From Gemmatimonadaceae bacterium (GTDB lineage Bacteria > Gemmatimonadota > Gemmatimonadetes > Gemmatimonadales > Gemmatimonadaceae): a stretch of 64,000 nt of DNA. The stretch spans positions 896,001 to 960,000 of the forward strand of contig JBJMOW010000004.1 of the NCBI GenBank assembly GCA_045803545.1, in the 5' to 3' direction. Position numbers and translations under genes: made by a program. Numbering within the stretch: position 1 is the stretch's first letter; every line of letters starts with the position of its first letter. Positions 61,630 to 64,000 of this stretch are shown piece after piece. The notes beneath the pieces were generated by a model that saw nothing but the letters and a program-made list of their open reading frames with translations, did no database searches and had not been told where the DNA came from.

Positions 61630-62394
61630 TTACTCGTACATGTTGTCGATATCGGCGGCGGCGAGATCCACGAGGAATCCGCCGACGCGTTCCGTGACGG
61701 CGCGAATGAATTTCTCGCCCTTCGCAGCGGTGGCCGCGTATGGATTACCGGTGCCGGTGTCGTCGGTCACCTTCGTCCATTGGCGCGGTGCCCACGCCCA
61801 GCCCTCGCGGAAGCCTGCGACACGAAATTTTCTTGCCTTGCCCGGGCCCGCTTCCTTTAGCGGCAACGGCAAATCCGGCTCGAGCACCATCATCATGCTC
61901 GTCTCCATTTCCCCGGCGTGATCGCCAGGCTCGTCAAAGAATTCAGTGCTTTTCAGGCACGTCCACCAGTTCAGGGTGCAGACGAACATGTCGAGCTTCG
62001 GTTGCAGCTCGCGGATCATCTGCTTGAAATCGTTGCCGCCGTGACTGTTCAGAATCACCAGCTTGTGGATGCCCTGACCATGAATTGCCGACGCGACGTC
62101 CGTGAGCACGGCCAATTGAGTGCTCGGGTTCATGTTGATCGCCAGACGCAAATCGAGCTGACCAGTGTTGACGCCGAACGGAATTGTCGGCAGTGCGATG
62201 ACCTTCGCCCCCTTGTTCCATGCGAACTCGACGGCACGCTCCGATATGTGTCGCGATTCGTAGACGTCGGTCCCGTACGGCAGGTGGAAGTTGTGGGGCT
62301 CGGTCGCGCCCCATGGCAGAACTGCAACCTCATACCGGATGTCCTTGACCGTTTTCCAATTCGTTTCGGCGAGGACGTAAGGGCGGGGTGGCAT
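61630..62394 (-). CDS. Creatininase family amidohydrolase
   Basis: GATEPH..HLP.GTD, NSHGGN, HAGEMETS. Confidence 0.9.
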   Translation of the reverse strand: MPPRPYVLAETNWKTVKDIRYEVAVLPWGATEPHNFHLPYGTDVYESRHISERAVEFAWNKGAKVIALPTIPFGVNTGQLDLRLAINMNPSTQLAVLTDVASAIHGQGIHKLVILNSHGGNDFKQMIRELQPKLDMFVCTLNWWTCLKSTEFFDEPGDHAGEMETSMMMVLEPDLPLPLKEAGPGKARKFRVAGFREGWAWAPRQWTKVTDDTGTGNPYAATAAKGEKFIRAVTERVGGFLVDLAAADIDNMYE

Positions 62395-62455
62395 TCTTAA
62401 AAGAAGGGAGTCTCAGGCTTCTGGTGCAAGGCGCGGTCCGACATCTGAGAAACTG

Positions 62456-62499
62456 AAGTCGGCAGTTCGCGGTTGACTGCAGACTGCCGACTTTTTTTT
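62456..62499. terminator. Intrinsic terminator-like hairpin downstream of the S8 protease
   Basis: aagtcggcagt/actgccgactt stem; T8 run on +, ttcagtttc on -. Confidence 0.7.
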
Positions 62500-62523
62500 C
62501 AGTCCTCAGAAGGCAAAACCGTG

Positions 62524-64000
62524 TTACGAGCAGTTCCGTCTGTTACAGGTTACGCCGACACTTGCGCTGCTCGACTGCGTTCCATCGACATCGGTCAGCT
62601 TGACCGTGTACGACTTACGCGAGGAGAAAGTGTGGCTGGCGTTCTTCGTGGTGACGACTGCCGATCCGTCACCGAAGTTCCAGGAGTAGGTCGTCGAAGC
62701 GCTCGTGTTCTTCGACGTGTTTGTGAAGCTGCAGGTAAGACCCGAGCATGACTTGGTGAAGCTTGCCGTCAATGGTGCCGGTGGCGGAGGCGGAGCTGCT
62801 TCGGTGCCGGTGTAGAGAAGCCGGTTCGGCGTTCCGGAGCCAGCGTTCTTGACGACACCCGCAGTGGCGTTGCCAATCAAGCCTGCCGCGACAGAAACGG
62901 GGCTCGCGCCAGGATTCGTCTCGAGGTACAACGCTGCAGCACCCGTCACGTGCGGCGTCGCCATCGAAGTGCCGCTGATGGTGTTCTGAGTCTGACCCGT
63001 CGACGACCACCACGACGACGTAATGTTCACGCCGGGCGCAAAGATGTCGACGCAGGTACCGTAGTTAGCCCAGCTCGCCTTGGTGTCAGTGTTGTCAGTC
63101 GCGCTAACCGTGATCGCGGCGGTCACACGCGCGGGGGACGTCGTGCAAGCGTCCTGCGCGCGGCCCAGGAAGTCGCCGTTTCCGGCTGCTATCGCGTAGG
63201 TGATCCCAGCGTTTATCGAGTTGTTCACCGCTGCGTCCAGCGTCGTCGAAGCGCCGCCGCCGAGACTCATGTTCGCCACCGCAGGCTTCTTCGCGTTTGC
63301 AGTGACCCAGTCGATGCCGGCGGCGACTCCCGACGTCGAGCCGCTGCCGGAGCAATCCAGCACGCGCACTGCGACGAGACTTACATCCTTCGCGACTCCG
63401 TAAGTTGCGCCTCCAACGGTCCCGGAAACGTGGGTGCCATGACCGTTGCAATCCGCGGCGCTGCCACCGCTCGTCACTTCATCGATTCCAGTCGATGCGC
63501 GTCCCTCGAGATCGGAATGCGTGAAGTCGATTCCGGTGTCGATTATATAGGCGGTTACGCCTTTGCCGGTCGCGGTGAAGGCGTACGAGTTGCTGGGCGT
63601 CGTCCACGAGCGCTGATCGATTCGATCCAATCCCCACGACGGTGGGTTGGTTTGCGGATTGGCCGTTGTCGTCACGGCGTGAACTTCCTTATCCTGCTCG
63701 ACGTACAACACACGCGGATCACTCGCAATTGCCGCAGCGGCGGCATCGGAAAGGTTGCGAACGGCGAAGCCCTTCAACGCAAACTGATAGACGTGCTTCA
63801 CCTGACCTTTGTGTAGTCCAGCAATGGACTGGGCAATCGACTGAACATCGACTGCGTCGTCACGAAGTCTGACTATGTAGTCGCCCGGTAGGGGAGTGGC
63901 TTTAGCAGCATTGACTATGGATGGCGCTGTCGGACGGCCGAGCGCGGGACCGGACGCGTCCTGACATGCGGAAACGGCGAGCGCTGCCACAGCGAGTGGT
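62524..64000 (-). CDS. S8 subtilisin-like (aqualysin/proteinase K type) protease with I9 prodomain and PKD domain, 5'-partial
   Basis: IDTG, HGTHV and GTSMATPHV triad; WGLDRIDQ; WNFGDG; VSAC lipobox. Confidence 0.94.
   Translation of the reverse strand, partial: PLAVAALAVSACQDASGPALGRPTAPSIVNAAKATPLPGDYIVRLRDDAVDVQSIAQSIAGLHKGQVKHVYQFALKGFAVRNLSDAAAAAIASDPRVLYVEQDKEVHAVTTTANPQTNPPSWGLDRIDQRSWTTPSNSYAFTATGKGVTAYIIDTGIDFTHSDLEGRASTGIDEVTSGGSAADCNGHGTHVSGTVGGATYGVAKDVSLVAVRVLDCSGSGSTSGVAAGIDWVTANAKKPAVANMSLGGGASTTLDAAVNNSINAGITYAIAAGNGDFLGRAQDACTTSPARVTAAITVSATDNTDTKASWANYGTCVDIFAPGVNITSSWWSSTGQTQNTISGTSMATPHVTGAAALYLETNPGASPVSVAAGLIGNATAGVVKNAGSGTPNRLLYTGTEAAPPPPPAPLTASFTKSCSGLTCSFTNTSKNTSASTTYSWNFGDGSAVVTTKNASHTFSSRKSYTVKLTDVDGTQSSSASVGVTCNRRNCS

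Overview
GC-rich, gene-dense bacterial chromosomal segment, probably Gemmatimonadota (inferred from gene content and protein style, not verified). Core genes: sucB-lpdA, nagB, amtB-glnK, gyrA, dacB, a caa3-type cytochrome c oxidase operon (ctaC-D-E-F-G), aspA and leuS. Accessory genes: GH30/GH13/GH130 glycoside hydrolases, GNATs, two diguanylate cyclases, an MCP, peptidases and two ECF sigma modules. I found no rRNA, tRNA, CRISPR array, transposase or prophage. Main observations: (1) a small Pol-beta-type nucleotidyltransferase-like gene directly followed by an EEP phosphoesterase with a probable CTG start; (2) a divergent ECF sigma / FecR-TonB receptor / lipoprotein module with two identically spaced GTAGGGTA-N13-GTGTCTG boxes; (3) a second ECF cluster with two GGAATAA-N15-GGTC boxes and an anti-sigma gene interrupted by an in-frame TGA at an expected Trp; (4) 7-nt-periodic repeat and hairpin elements in intergenic DNA and, in frame, in protein linkers; (5) a recurring TAA-N4-TTG-N5-CAA-N4-TTA palindrome. 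All calls come from reading motifs by eye; no database searches were run.
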